54,161 bases of DNA from Candidatus Levyibacteriota bacterium (GCA_030651475.1 JAUSEW010000035.1:1-54161); one strand, 5' to 3'. Shown: positions 1 through 8,195, counted from the stretch's first letter. Notes: generated from the letters alone by a model not told the origin. A program made the numbers and translations.

Positions 1-26
1 ACTAGAAAAATATTGGCCGCACAATG

Positions 27-55
27 TTGTGATGCATTTACAATTAAGGTAAAAT
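27..55 (+). promoter_or_regulatory. sigma70-type promoter for tRNA-Glu
   Basis: TTGTGA (27-32), 17-nt spacer, TAAAAT (50-55), 10 nt before the tRNA 5' end. Confidence 0.55.
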
Positions 56-65
56 ACAAGGGATC

Positions 66-140
66 GGCGCCTTCGTCTAGTTGGTCTAGGACGTTACCTT
101 CTCAAGGTAAAGATCACGGGTTCGAATCCCGTAGGCGCTA
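66..140 (+). tRNA. tRNA-Glu (anticodon CTC)
   Basis: Acceptor stem GGCGCCT/AGGCGCT, D arm, anticodon arm TTACC-TTCTCAA-GGTAA, T loop GTTCGAATC; CCA not encoded. Confidence 0.95.
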
Positions 141-151
141 CAAAGAAAATT

Positions 152-262
152 GCGGGCTCGCCTGCCCCGTATGACCGCCACCATGCCTGTCCGTCTTTGG
201 CGGAACGTGAAGCTGTAGGTTTCGGGAATGGAAAGGCTCGTATGGGGACTCCCGCTGGCGGT
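152..262 (+). other. GC-rich structured segment downstream of tRNA-Glu (candidate ncRNA or repeat element)
   Basis: Nested stems GCGGG/CCCGC, CCCCGTATG/CGTATGGGG (two G-U pairs), ACCGCCA/TGGCGG(T); family not recognised. Confidence 0.4.
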
Positions 263-295
263 ACACAATATAAAATTATCTGTAGATCTATATAG

Positions 296-1177
296 CTACA
301 ATAATACACCCGCTAACATTCTATATTTCTTTTCGGTATTCCATATTTTTCCCAACTCATCGAAATTATCATCTGGTTTTTGCATTAATTCTGCTAAATG
401 ATCTATTTCCTGTAATTGGTCTTCCGACAATTTTTCAAATTCCCCCAGCATTACAAGTTTTGGATGATGGAGATAAATAATTTCATTATTCATCAGGCAA
501 TGAAAATCGTAAAAAAGTTCCCAAGCTATAACGATAAGTCCGCTAAAATTTGCTGCGTTCCAAAAATGCCTGTCGTTAACTTTTCCTTGCCGTACGTTAA
601 GCCAAGCATCGGCTGAGTAATCAAATTTATCTTCAGGTATGTCATACATATCAAATCCTGTATTATGAAAACTTCCATCAATATCTATTGATACCCATCT
701 ACCTTCTTTTTTATCCCAATATTGATTGATCCAATGATCGCTGCTTACCTTTGTCCATGGCCAATATCCAGCAAAACCAGAACGCACCCTCGCTGGTATC
801 TTCTTTGCCTTTAGAATTGCTGCCATTAAAATTGCAACATAGCGACACGTAAGAACAACTTTATTTTCAACTTTCCTCTCAAAAGTTAAGCCCTTGGGAT
901 CTCGCCTAAATAACTCAGCAATTATTGCCGTTGCTGTTACTAAATTATCGTCTTCCGCTTGCCTGTACCACGGCACTTTCCCCATATCCCCAAACTTAAG
1001 GTCAAGATTAGTTCCAGTATTTCCCTTTTCCAAAGTTGTCCTATGGATGAAGGACCATCTTAAAAGACGACCTATCTTTTCAATATCATCTGGCAATGAA
1101 TTAAAATAATTTTCATACAAACCAGGATAAGTAAATACTCCATATTTAAGATAATGATTTAGTATTTTTTGCTCCAT
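296..1177 (-). CDS. Transglutaminase-like (Cys-His-Asp) domain protein
   Basis: LTCRYVA (Cys), RVRSGF, DHWINQYW (His), WVSID (Asp) pattern of transglutaminase-like superfamily. Confidence 0.8.
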   Translation of the reverse strand: MEQKILNHYLKYGVFTYPGLYENYFNSLPDDIEKIGRLLRWSFIHRTTLEKGNTGTNLDLKFGDMGKVPWYRQAEDDNLVTATAIIAELFRRDPKGLTFERKVENKVVLTCRYVAILMAAILKAKKIPARVRSGFAGYWPWTKVSSDHWINQYWDKKEGRWVSIDIDGSFHNTGFDMYDIPEDKFDYSADAWLNVRQGKVNDRHFWNAANFSGLIVIAWELFYDFHCLMNNEIIYLHHPKLVMLGEFEKLSEDQLQEIDHLAELMQKPDDNFDELGKIWNTEKKYRMLAGVLL

Positions 1178-1184
1178 TGCAGTA

Positions 1185-1212
1185 ATTATAGCTTTTATAT
1201 TGTTATTATCAA
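1185..1212 (-). promoter_or_regulatory. Leaderless-type promoter of transglutaminase gene
   Basis: TTGATA, 16-nt spacer, TATAAT, then 7 nt to ATG. Confidence 0.55.
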
Positions 1213-1225
1213 GAGGTTCTGATAG

Positions 1226-3598
1226 TTAGTCTGCTTGGTGAGGAAGTTGAGCGTGCAAAACTGCGTGATGAGACAATACTTCACTTCCGTTTTTTATTAA
1301 TGGTTTCGTCAGAGCAACTCCCAAAGCTTCATCCATATGGGAAACAAAGACAAATTTTAAATCTCTTAAAACCTCTTTGGGAATGTCTTCCAAGTCTTTT
1401 TTATTTTCTTTTGGCACAATGATTGTCTTAAGTCCTGCTCTATGAGCTGCAATTACTTTCTCTTTAAGTCCGCCAATTTCCAAAACCCTGCCCCTAAGAG
1501 TCATCTCTCCTGTCATTCCGACTTTTCTATTGACCGGGATTTTTGTCAAAGCAGAAATTATAGCTGTCGTTATGGCAACTCCGGCAGACGGTCCATCTTT
1601 GGGAACTGCGCCTTCAGGAACATGGATATGAACATCTATTTTTTGGTAAAACTTTTCCGCAAGTCCTAATTGATTGGCCCTAGCTCTTATATATGACATA
1701 GCAGCCTGACAGGACTCTTTCATCACATCTCCAAGCTGTCCTGTTAGAGTTAATTGACCTTTCCCCGGCATAAGCGCTACTTCAATAAATAAGATGTCCC
1801 CTCCGGCTTCTGTCCAGGCAAGACCAGTAGACATACCAACCTCATCTTTTTTCTCCAAGATGCTAGAACTAAATTTAATTGGTCCCAAAAACCTGGGGAC
1901 TCCTTTTGAATCAACCGTTATTTTCTTTGTTTTTCCTTCGGCTATTTTTTTGGCAACTTTCCTAAAGATAGCTGCTATTTGTCTTTCCAAACTTCTGACT
2001 CCGGCTTCTCTTGTATAATGCTGCGCTAAAAAACGGATTGCGTCATCTGCAACGCTAACCATCTTGTCTGTTAAACCGTGGTTTTGCATTTGTTTTTTGA
2101 GCAAAAAGTCGCGCGCTATTCTAAATTTTTCATCCTGCGTATAACCTGCGAAATGGATTACTTCCAATCTATCTCTTAATGCCGGGGGTATTGTATCTAA
2201 GATGTTAGCCGTTGTTATAAACATTACATCAGAAAGATCAAAGTGAACTTCCAGATAATGATCGGAGAATTGATTGTTCTGTTCAGGATCTAGCGCTTCG
2301 AGCAATGCAGAAGACGGATCTCCTCTGAAATCTGCACCTACCTTATCTATTTCATCCAGCATAAAAACCGGATTTCTTGTCCCTGCATCTTTTATTCCTT
2401 GAATAATTCGTCCTGGCAATGCGCCAACGTAAGTTCGTCTGTGTCCTCTTATTTCCGCCTCATCTCTAATTCCTCCCAAAGACACTCTGACAAATTTTCT
2501 GCCCAAGGCGCGAGCTATAGACTTGCCAATCGATGTCTTGCCAACCCCCGGAGGTCCGACAAAACAAAGTATCGGACCTTTCATTTTGGAAGCTAATTTA
2601 TGAACCGCCAAATATTCAAGAATTCTTTCTTTGATTTTCGTCAGTCCGAAGTGATCCTCATCTAGAATTTTCTCTGCCGATTTAATATTTATATTGTTTT
2701 TACTCTCAATGCTCCATGGAAGATTAACCAGCCAATCCAAATAATTTCTTATATATCCTGCTTCCGGATTATATTGCGTCATTTGGGACAGCTTTTTAAT
2801 TTCTTTTCTTACTTTTTCCTCTATGTCTTCGGGCATTTTGGCTTTCTTCATTTTATCCAGAAGTTCTTTTATTTCGCCGTCCTCATCGTTTTCTCCAAGC
2901 TCCTTCTCTATAGTCTTGAGTCTTTCTCTAAGTATCGCCTCTCTTGCGCCCTTTTCAAATCTTTCTTGAGTTTTGCTGGCGATACGCCTTTCAAGTTCCA
3001 AAATTTTTACCTCTTTTGCCAAAAGTTCTGTGATTTTTTCAAGTCTTGTTCTAGCGTTATTTATTTCCAAAAGTTCCTGTTTCTCGTCAGGTTTTATATC
3101 TAGAACCGATGATATAAGATCTGAAAGTTCAGAAGGAGAACTGTCAGACATAATATTCATAAACACCATGAAGTCAACAGATTTTCCTATGTTCATCGCA
3201 CGCCTGAATTCATTTGTCAGATGATTGCATAAAGCTTTTATTTCAGGGGTGTTTTCTACTATGTCCGGAGTTTCAATAATTTTGGCCAGGAAGAAGGGGT
3301 CGTGTCTTTCAACGGAGAGAATTTTTACCCTGGACATACCTTTAACATGGGCGTTTATTTCTCCTTCTGTTTTTATCATTCTTTGGATGGTGGATAATGT
3401 GCCGACCGAATAAAAATCATCCGGATTAGGATCGTTGAGTTTGGAATTTTTCTGAAGCACAAAACACACAGTTCGTTCGCCTCTAAATGAAGCTTCCAAA
3501 GCAGCTAGGCTTTTTGGTCTCCCAAATGTCAAAACCGAATCCGTATTTGGAAAAATGACGCCGTCTCTAATTGGAATTAAAGGAACTATTTTCTCCAT
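1226..3598 (-). CDS. lon: ATP-dependent Lon protease (LonA)
   Basis: N-terminal LON domain, Walker A GPPGVGKT, Walker B MLDEIDK, catalytic PKDGPSAG Ser and GGLKEK Lys. Confidence 0.97.
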   Translation of the reverse strand: MEKIVPLIPIRDGVIFPNTDSVLTFGRPKSLAALEASFRGERTVCFVLQKNSKLNDPNPDDFYSVGTLSTIQRMIKTEGEINAHVKGMSRVKILSVERHDPFFLAKIIETPDIVENTPEIKALCNHLTNEFRRAMNIGKSVDFMVFMNIMSDSSPSELSDLISSVLDIKPDEKQELLEINNARTRLEKITELLAKEVKILELERRIASKTQERFEKGAREAILRERLKTIEKELGENDEDGEIKELLDKMKKAKMPEDIEEKVRKEIKKLSQMTQYNPEAGYIRNYLDWLVNLPWSIESKNNINIKSAEKILDEDHFGLTKIKERILEYLAVHKLASKMKGPILCFVGPPGVGKTSIGKSIARALGRKFVRVSLGGIRDEAEIRGHRRTYVGALPGRIIQGIKDAGTRNPVFMLDEIDKVGADFRGDPSSALLEALDPEQNNQFSDHYLEVHFDLSDVMFITTANILDTIPPALRDRLEVIHFAGYTQDEKFRIARDFLLKKQMQNHGLTDKMVSVADDAIRFLAQHYTREAGVRSLERQIAAIFRKVAKKIAEGKTKKITVDSKGVPRFLGPIKFSSSILEKKDEVGMSTGLAWTEAGGDILFIEVALMPGKGQLTLTGQLGDVMKESCQAAMSYIRARANQLGLAEKFYQKIDVHIHVPEGAVPKDGPSAGVAITTAIISALTKIPVNRKVGMTGEMTLRGRVLEIGGLKEKVIAAHRAGLKTIIVPKENKKDLEDIPKEVLRDLKFVFVSHMDEALGVALTKPLIKNGSEVLSHHAVLHAQLPHQAD

Positions 3599-3617
3599 AT
3601 TTATTTTACCTTCACTA

Positions 3618-3644
3618 TTGGCAATCTACCATACCATCTGCTAA
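3618..3644. promoter_or_regulatory. CIRCE-like inverted repeat (HrcA operator) over the lon promoter
   Basis: TTGGCAATC-N9-ATCTGCTAA versus consensus TTAGCACTC-N9-GAGTGCTAA (7/9 and 6/9), exact 9-nt spacer. Confidence 0.65.
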
Positions 3645-3651
3645 ATGTCAA
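3623..3651 (-). promoter_or_regulatory. lon promoter
   Basis: TTGACA (3651-3646), 17-nt spacer, TAGATT (3628-3623). Confidence 0.7.
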
Positions 3652-3671
3652 GCCCCGATTAAGATCGGGGC
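3652..3671. repeat. GC-rich palindrome between nuclease stop and lon -35 (terminator or REP-like)
   Basis: GCCCCGAT-TAAG-ATCGGGGC, perfect 8-bp stem, no U-tract. Confidence 0.45.
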
Positions 3672-3681
3672 GCAGACCTTG

Positions 3682-4272
3682 TCAATTTTGGCCGCCATAA
3701 TATTTATTATACAAGCAAGCATTATCTGCCCACAATCCCCTTTTATTTTCTCTTGTCTCTTTTTCTTTCTCTATGAATTCGTTTCTGTATTTATATTGGT
3801 TCTCTTTATAAGTATATTCATGCGCATATCCTTCTTCAATCATAAGTTTATTAAAGTTAGTTCCATCTTCCAGGAAAACATACCGTAAAAGCCTATTATA
3901 TTGATCTAAATTTCCGCTAGCTGCATCCGACTCAAGAATAACCATTCTGCTTTGCAGAACCTCCTTGGCTTTATTGGAAGCTTCAATTCCAAAACACTGA
4001 ACAGGAATTCTAGGATCAACAACTTCCGGTGTATCAATCCCGATAAGCCTTACGGTCTCCTCTTTATTGTTTATTAAAACTTTTATTGTATCTCCATCGA
4101 TAACTTTAGTTACTTTAAGCAAACTTATCTCTTTAGTAACTTGAGTTACTGTTGGCGTGGGTTTTAAAACAATACTAATCTTGCTTGCTTTTCGATTTCC
4201 TGTAAAAAATCCTCCAAAAACAAACAGGACAGCAAAAAGAAGAAAATAAAAATACAAAAATTTCCTACTCAC
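3682..4272 (-). CDS. Membrane-anchored thermonuclease (SNase family)
   Basis: VTKVIDGDTI, VRLIGIDTPE, DQYNRLLRYV, terminal RGLW motifs; start moved to GTG at 4272 because the longer ORF (to 4473) runs through tRNA-Gln. Confidence 0.9.
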   Translation of the reverse strand: MSRKFLYFYFLLFAVLFVFGGFFTGNRKASKISIVLKPTPTVTQVTKEISLLKVTKVIDGDTIKVLINNKEETVRLIGIDTPEVVDPRIPVQCFGIEASNKAKEVLQSRMVILESDAASGNLDQYNRLLRYVFLEDGTNFNKLMIEEGYAHEYTYKENQYKYRNEFIEKEKETRENKRGLWADNACLYNKYYGGQN

Positions 4273-4350
4273 TGCCTTTTTGTACCACAAAAAACTTCTT
4301 TCGACAAGTTGGTAATCAATCAGTATATCTGATAAAATTAAACCGAACTT

Positions 4351-4421
4351 TACGGGATCGTCTAATGGTAGGACCGCAGACTCTGAATCTGCGTATCTAG
4401 GTTCGAATCCTAGTCCCGTAG
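4351..4421 (+). tRNA. tRNA-Gln (anticodon CTG)
   Basis: Acceptor TACGGGA/TCCCGTA (U1-A72), anticodon arm GCAGA-CTCTGAA-TCTGC, T arm CTAGG-TTCGAAT-CCTAG; CCA not encoded. Confidence 0.95.
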
Positions 4422-4464
4422 CAAATATCCTTTTTGTCGAATCGAACAGGGTATTATTGTAGAC

Positions 4465-5403
4465 ATGGAGCAAGATAAAGAAATAATAAATTTGGCTAAG
4501 GAAATCATTGACGATGCGGAATTAAAACGAGGATCGGTAGAGAGCTTAGTGTTTAAAGCAACTAGATTAGCATCTATAGTTAAAGACGAGAACATAAAAA
4601 TATGGTTGGCTTTAGAAAAATTTGGTTATAGCGAAAGAGAACCAGATTTAACCTATATGGCAATGACTGGTAGGAGCTATGATAAAGTAACACATATTGG
4701 ACTTTTTGGGTCTATTTCGACTCAAGAAGCTGCAATTGAAGCTTCTTTGGCCGAAATGGAAGTTGTAAAGAATTTTAAACCTAACGGAACATATTCCTCT
4801 CTTCAGTTTAATAATCAATTGCAACAAATTAAAAATCTAACTGCTGCAAGAGCTATTTATAAAAGGATCTGTTCAGTTGTGGCATCAAGTATACAAGATT
4901 TTGCAACAAAAATTTATTATACCTACAAATTTGGACAAGAAGCAGATTCAATATTGGAAGAGTATAGGAAAACCGTATTGGATGGAATCGCAAAATACTT
5001 TCCGGACTTAAATCAATCTTTTGAGGTAATAAATAAAAATAGTAATAATTCTAACCCGCGCGAGTGGTCGGTTGCAACCTTAGAATCCAGAAATATACTT
5101 ATCTACTTATCGGGAAAATTATGGACATCAAGAGAAGCTAACTATAAATGCAGAGATAAACAGCCAATAAAAGTAGAGAATGAAAAGAACAAACTAATTG
5201 CCTATGTAGACATGAAAATGGGAGCATCCAAGGAAGGTAAAGCTAGGGCAAAGAAACTTTTTGGAATTATCCACGAAATATTTACTTTGGGCGGAAAAGC
5301 AAAAAGAAAAACCGAAAAGAAAGAACTATCAACAGTTATCATCGACACTTTTGTGTTTCTTAATGATTTAATGTCCTATACTGATCTAAAACCCATTGAG
5401 TAA
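4465..5403 (+). CDS. AbiTii-like domain protein (candidate abortive-infection/defence)
   Basis: N-terminus SVESLVFKATRLA...IKIWLALEKFGY resembles the AbiTii pattern from memory; located directly after a tRNA. Confidence 0.55.
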   Translation: MEQDKEIINLAKEIIDDAELKRGSVESLVFKATRLASIVKDENIKIWLALEKFGYSEREPDLTYMAMTGRSYDKVTHIGLFGSISTQEAAIEASLAEMEVVKNFKPNGTYSSLQFNNQLQQIKNLTAARAIYKRICSVVASSIQDFATKIYYTYKFGQEADSILEEYRKTVLDGIAKYFPDLNQSFEVINKNSNNSNPREWSVATLESRNILIYLSGKLWTSREANYKCRDKQPIKVENEKNKLIAYVDMKMGASKEGKARAKKLFGIIHEIFTLGGKAKRKTEKKELSTVIIDTFVFLNDLMSYTDLKPIE

Positions 5404-5423
5404 TTATAGGATTAAATTGGGAT

Positions 5424-5446
5424 TGACCGACACGCTCGGTTTTTTT
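5424..5446 (+). repeat. Direct repeat copy A; also folds as terminator-like hairpin
   Basis: TGACCGACACGCTCGGTTTTTTT; ACCGA/TCGGT stem plus T7; 21/23 identical to 6339-6361. Confidence 0.75.
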
Positions 5447-5477
5447 ACCCTCAAAGTCTTTCTGATATAATCCAGTT

Positions 5478-6311
5478 ATGAAGATTCTTTTAACCGGAGC
5501 TAATAGCTATGTTGGCGCCAGACTTTTCCTCGATTTAAGTAAAAAGTTTGAAGTGGTCGGAACATATCACGAAAATAAACTTTCAGAAAAGCTCATCCAT
5601 CTCAATATTACAGACTCCGAAGAGATTAAGAAGATCATTGACAAACAAAAACCAGAAATCATTATTCATGCAGCTTCAAACGCAAATGCAAGATGGTGCG
5701 AAGCAAATCCCAAATTAGCTATTGCCCTAAATCAAGAACCTACCCTAAATATCGTAGAATCTGCAAATAATATTAACGCTAAAGTAATCTTTATATCCTC
5801 ATATGCAGCAGCTATACCTAATAACGTATATGGAAAAACCAAATATCAAAGTGAGAAATATGTAAAACGAACAAAGAAAGGATTTGTAATTATAAGACCG
5901 TCCCTTCTCATCGGTTTTAGCCCCAACACGATAAACGATAGGCCTTTTAATAGAATATTAAAAAACTTAGACTTAAAAACTGAAGCTATTTATGACACTT
6001 CATGGAAATTCCAGCCCTCCTACTTAGGACACGTTTCGGAAGTTATAGCGCAAGTTATTAAGAATAATATCCTAAACGAGACGATATCTGTGGCAGTTCC
6101 TGAACTTAAAACAAGATACGACATAGCAAAAGATATTCTGGGAACTTTCCATATTGAGGTTAAGCCTATTGATAAAAAAGATACTACCAATGTTATCATT
6201 GATGACCTAAAAGCATTACAAATCTTGAAACTTCCTCAATATAGTTATGGAAAAATAATTAGCAAAATTATTGATGAAATTAAACACAGGGAATTTTTCT
6301 CAACAATTTAG
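5478..6311 (+). CDS. Extended SDR / RmlD-like NAD(P)-dependent oxidoreductase
   Basis: MKILLTGANSYVG Rossmann motif, IIHAA, YGKTK (YxxxK). Confidence 0.85.
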   Translation: MKILLTGANSYVGARLFLDLSKKFEVVGTYHENKLSEKLIHLNITDSEEIKKIIDKQKPEIIIHAASNANARWCEANPKLAIALNQEPTLNIVESANNINAKVIFISSYAAAIPNNVYGKTKYQSEKYVKRTKKGFVIIRPSLLIGFSPNTINDRPFNRILKNLDLKTEAIYDTSWKFQPSYLGHVSEVIAQVIKNNILNETISVAVPELKTRYDIAKDILGTFHIEVKPIDKKDTTNVIIDDLKALQILKLPQYSYGKIISKIIDEIKHREFFSTI

Positions 6312-6338
6312 CTTGAACTATAACGATCAAACAAGTCC

Positions 6339-6361
6339 TGACCGACACGCTCAGCTTTTTT
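6339..6361 (+). repeat. Direct repeat copy B
   Basis: TGACCGACACGCTCAGCTTTTTT, 21/23 identical to 5424-5446. Confidence 0.75.
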
Positions 6362-6430
6362 CCAACTTCAAAAAACTGTATCAAATTGGTCAACCCAAGT
6401 TTGGATTCAAACTTTTGATATACTATCCCT

Positions 6431-7099
6431 GTGAACATAAAACAATTAAGGGGAATCGAGGGCGCTAAGCAAGCAATAGGTCTCACTGTAGTTATTGATA
6501 TTATGCGTGCAGCAACTGTTGCAGCATATGCATTTGGTCGAGGCGCAAAGAGCATTATTCCCGTTTCAACAAAAGAAGAAGCATTTGCTTTAAGAGATAA
6601 AAATCCAGAATTTCTTCTTATGGGAGAAATAAATGGAATTAAGATTGATGGATTTGATTTTGGGAATTCTCCTTCTGAAATATCGAAAGTGGATTTAAAA
6701 AACAAAATACTCGTACAAAGAACTACATCTGGAACACAAGGTTTGATAAATGCAATCTTTGCAGACACAATCATTTTTGGAAGTTTTGTGACTTGCTCGG
6801 CAATTTTTCGCTTTATTCAAAAAAATAATTTTTCTGATATTTCAATCGTGTCCATAGATAGCGAGGACGAAATATTCGGACATGCTCTTGAATCATTAAT
6901 CACGCAGGGACAGTTTGACAAAGAAAAAGTGAGGAAAGAACTTTATAATGATCCCGGCGTAGAATGGTTCGTTGACCCTCTCAAACCAGATTTTCCCAAA
7001 GAAGATATAGATTTTGCACTAGATTTTGATAAGTTTAATTTTGTCTGTTTGGCAAAAAAAATTAACGATCAACTTATTATAAATAAAGTTAAAATATAG
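6431..7099 (+). CDS. comB: 2-phosphosulfolactate phosphatase (ComB) family protein
   Basis: VVIDIMRAAT, LLMGE, FDFGNSP, VQRTTSGT motifs; GTG start. Confidence 0.85.
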   Translation: MNIKQLRGIEGAKQAIGLTVVIDIMRAATVAAYAFGRGAKSIIPVSTKEEAFALRDKNPEFLLMGEINGIKIDGFDFGNSPSEISKVDLKNKILVQRTTSGTQGLINAIFADTIIFGSFVTCSAIFRFIQKNNFSDISIVSIDSEDEIFGHALESLITQGQFDKEKVRKELYNDPGVEWFVDPLKPDFPKEDIDFALDFDKFNFVCLAKKINDQLIINKVKI

Positions 7100-7187
7100 A
7101 AGAGCTCCTAAGCGATAATTACAAACCTCGAAAATTTTCTTTTGTTTTACTTACCATTTTTATTCCAAATAAGACTATAATGTATTT

Positions 7188-7559
7188 ATGGATGATAAAA
7201 TTCTCCGAAGTTTAATCCTCCTAACCTACAAAGGCAAAGTGCTCCTTATGCATAAAAATAATGGTCCGATGGATGAAGAAAAACACCCCTGGACTTTTAT
7301 CGGCGGGGTTAAAGAGAAAAGAGAATCTTTTGAAAACGCGATGACTAGACGGGTAGAGAAAGAAACGGGTATAAAAATTGAAAAAGTTGAATTTGTGTCG
7401 GAATCTTGCTATCACGCCAGACTAACAGACGATAATGTAAATAAAATAGAACGGGCAGAAAATCAGCTGCTTAATTTTTTCTCTCTTAAAGAACTAGGAA
7501 AACTTTTCTTGTCAAACACAACAGCGCAATTTATATCAAAGCACGGCTCCCTTATTTAG
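7188..7559 (+). CDS. Nudix-fold protein with degenerate Nudix box
   Basis: WTFIGGVKEKRESFENAMTRRVEKETG aligns to the Nudix box but with two E to R/K changes. Confidence 0.65.
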   Translation: MDDKILRSLILLTYKGKVLLMHKNNGPMDEEKHPWTFIGGVKEKRESFENAMTRRVEKETGIKIEKVEFVSESCYHARLTDDNVNKIERAENQLLNFFSLKELGKLFLSNTTAQFISKHGSLI

Positions 7560-7800
7560 AAATAACTGTTCCGTCTTTGACAACTTGGTTTACTTTTATC
7601 GCTATCTCGTCTCCTTTTTTGCCCGATGATACTTGCTTGTGTTCAAGCTGCATCGACTCTATCGTTTGCTCAAAAGAAGCATCTTTCTTTTCAAACCTTA
7701 CCTTATCTCCAACCTTCAAACCTTTCTGAAGTTTTATAACCGCCACTCCTATTTTGTCGTAGTAGTGAGTAACTTTACCAATTAAATCCTTTTTATCCAT
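7552..7800 (-). CDS. Small beta-barrel 'translation elongation factor-like' protein (EF-Tu domain 2 / U32 C-terminal-like)
   Basis: IGKVTHYYDKIGVAV...LKVGD...IESMQ...GDEIAIKV pattern. Confidence 0.7.
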   Translation of the reverse strand: MDKKDLIGKVTHYYDKIGVAVIKLQKGLKVGDKVRFEKKDASFEQTIESMQLEHKQVSSGKKGDEIAIKVNQVVKDGTVISK

Positions 7801-7826
7801 TCCTTTTTCACCCCCTTTTCCGAAAA

Positions 7827-8195
7827 TTACCTAAATAACCTTACTACGTATGGGAAGAAGATAAGAAATCCAACCATTACGGAACTAATCGCCGTAAGCA
7901 TAACTGTTCCTGCTGCCACGTCTTTCGCAGTTTTTGCTTCTTTGCTATGCTCAACACTAATAAGATTAACCATTTCTTCTATTGAAGAGTTAACCATTTC
8001 TGCGGAGATTACCAGAAGAATCATAATTCCCAAAATTCCCATCTCGAACGGATTCACATGCAAAATTAAACTTGCGATAATAACGATAATCCCAGTTGCA
8101 AAATGTATTCTAAGATTCTGATTATCTTTTAATGCATGGAATATGCCTTCAAACGCATATCCGAAAGATTGAAGTATTGATCTATGATTAAGCAT
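7827..8195 (-). CDS. dgkA: Diacylglycerol/undecaprenol kinase (DgkA family)
   Basis: FGYAFEGI, NLRIH, EMVNSSIEEMVN, AKDVAAG motifs; three hydrophobic segments. Confidence 0.9.
   Translation of the reverse strand: MLNHRSILQSFGYAFEGIFHALKDNQNLRIHFATGIIVIIASLILHVNPFEMGILGIMILLVISAEMVNSSIEEMVNLISVEHSKEAKTAKDVAAGTVMLTAISSVMVGFLIFFPYVVRLFR

Noticed and set aside
86-309. Two short minus-strand ORFs (86-268, 94-309)
   Set aside because: They run antisense through tRNA-Glu and the structured segment; no protein-like features
4273-4473. N-terminal 67-aa extension of the nuclease ORF and ORF 4410-4595
   Set aside because: Overlap tRNA-Gln and the AbiTii-like gene; GTG at 4272 gives a normal anchor-plus-SNase protein
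5424-6361. CRISPR array or integron attC interpretation of the direct repeats
   Set aside because: Only two copies 915 bp apart, no cas genes, and no RYYYAAC...GTTRRRY attC ends
6280-6774. 164-aa antisense ORF
   Set aside because: Shadow of comB on the opposite strand
4351-7559. Prophage or integrative element at tRNA-Gln or tRNA-Glu
   Set aside because: No integrase, phage genes or duplicated tRNA 3' end seen in the window
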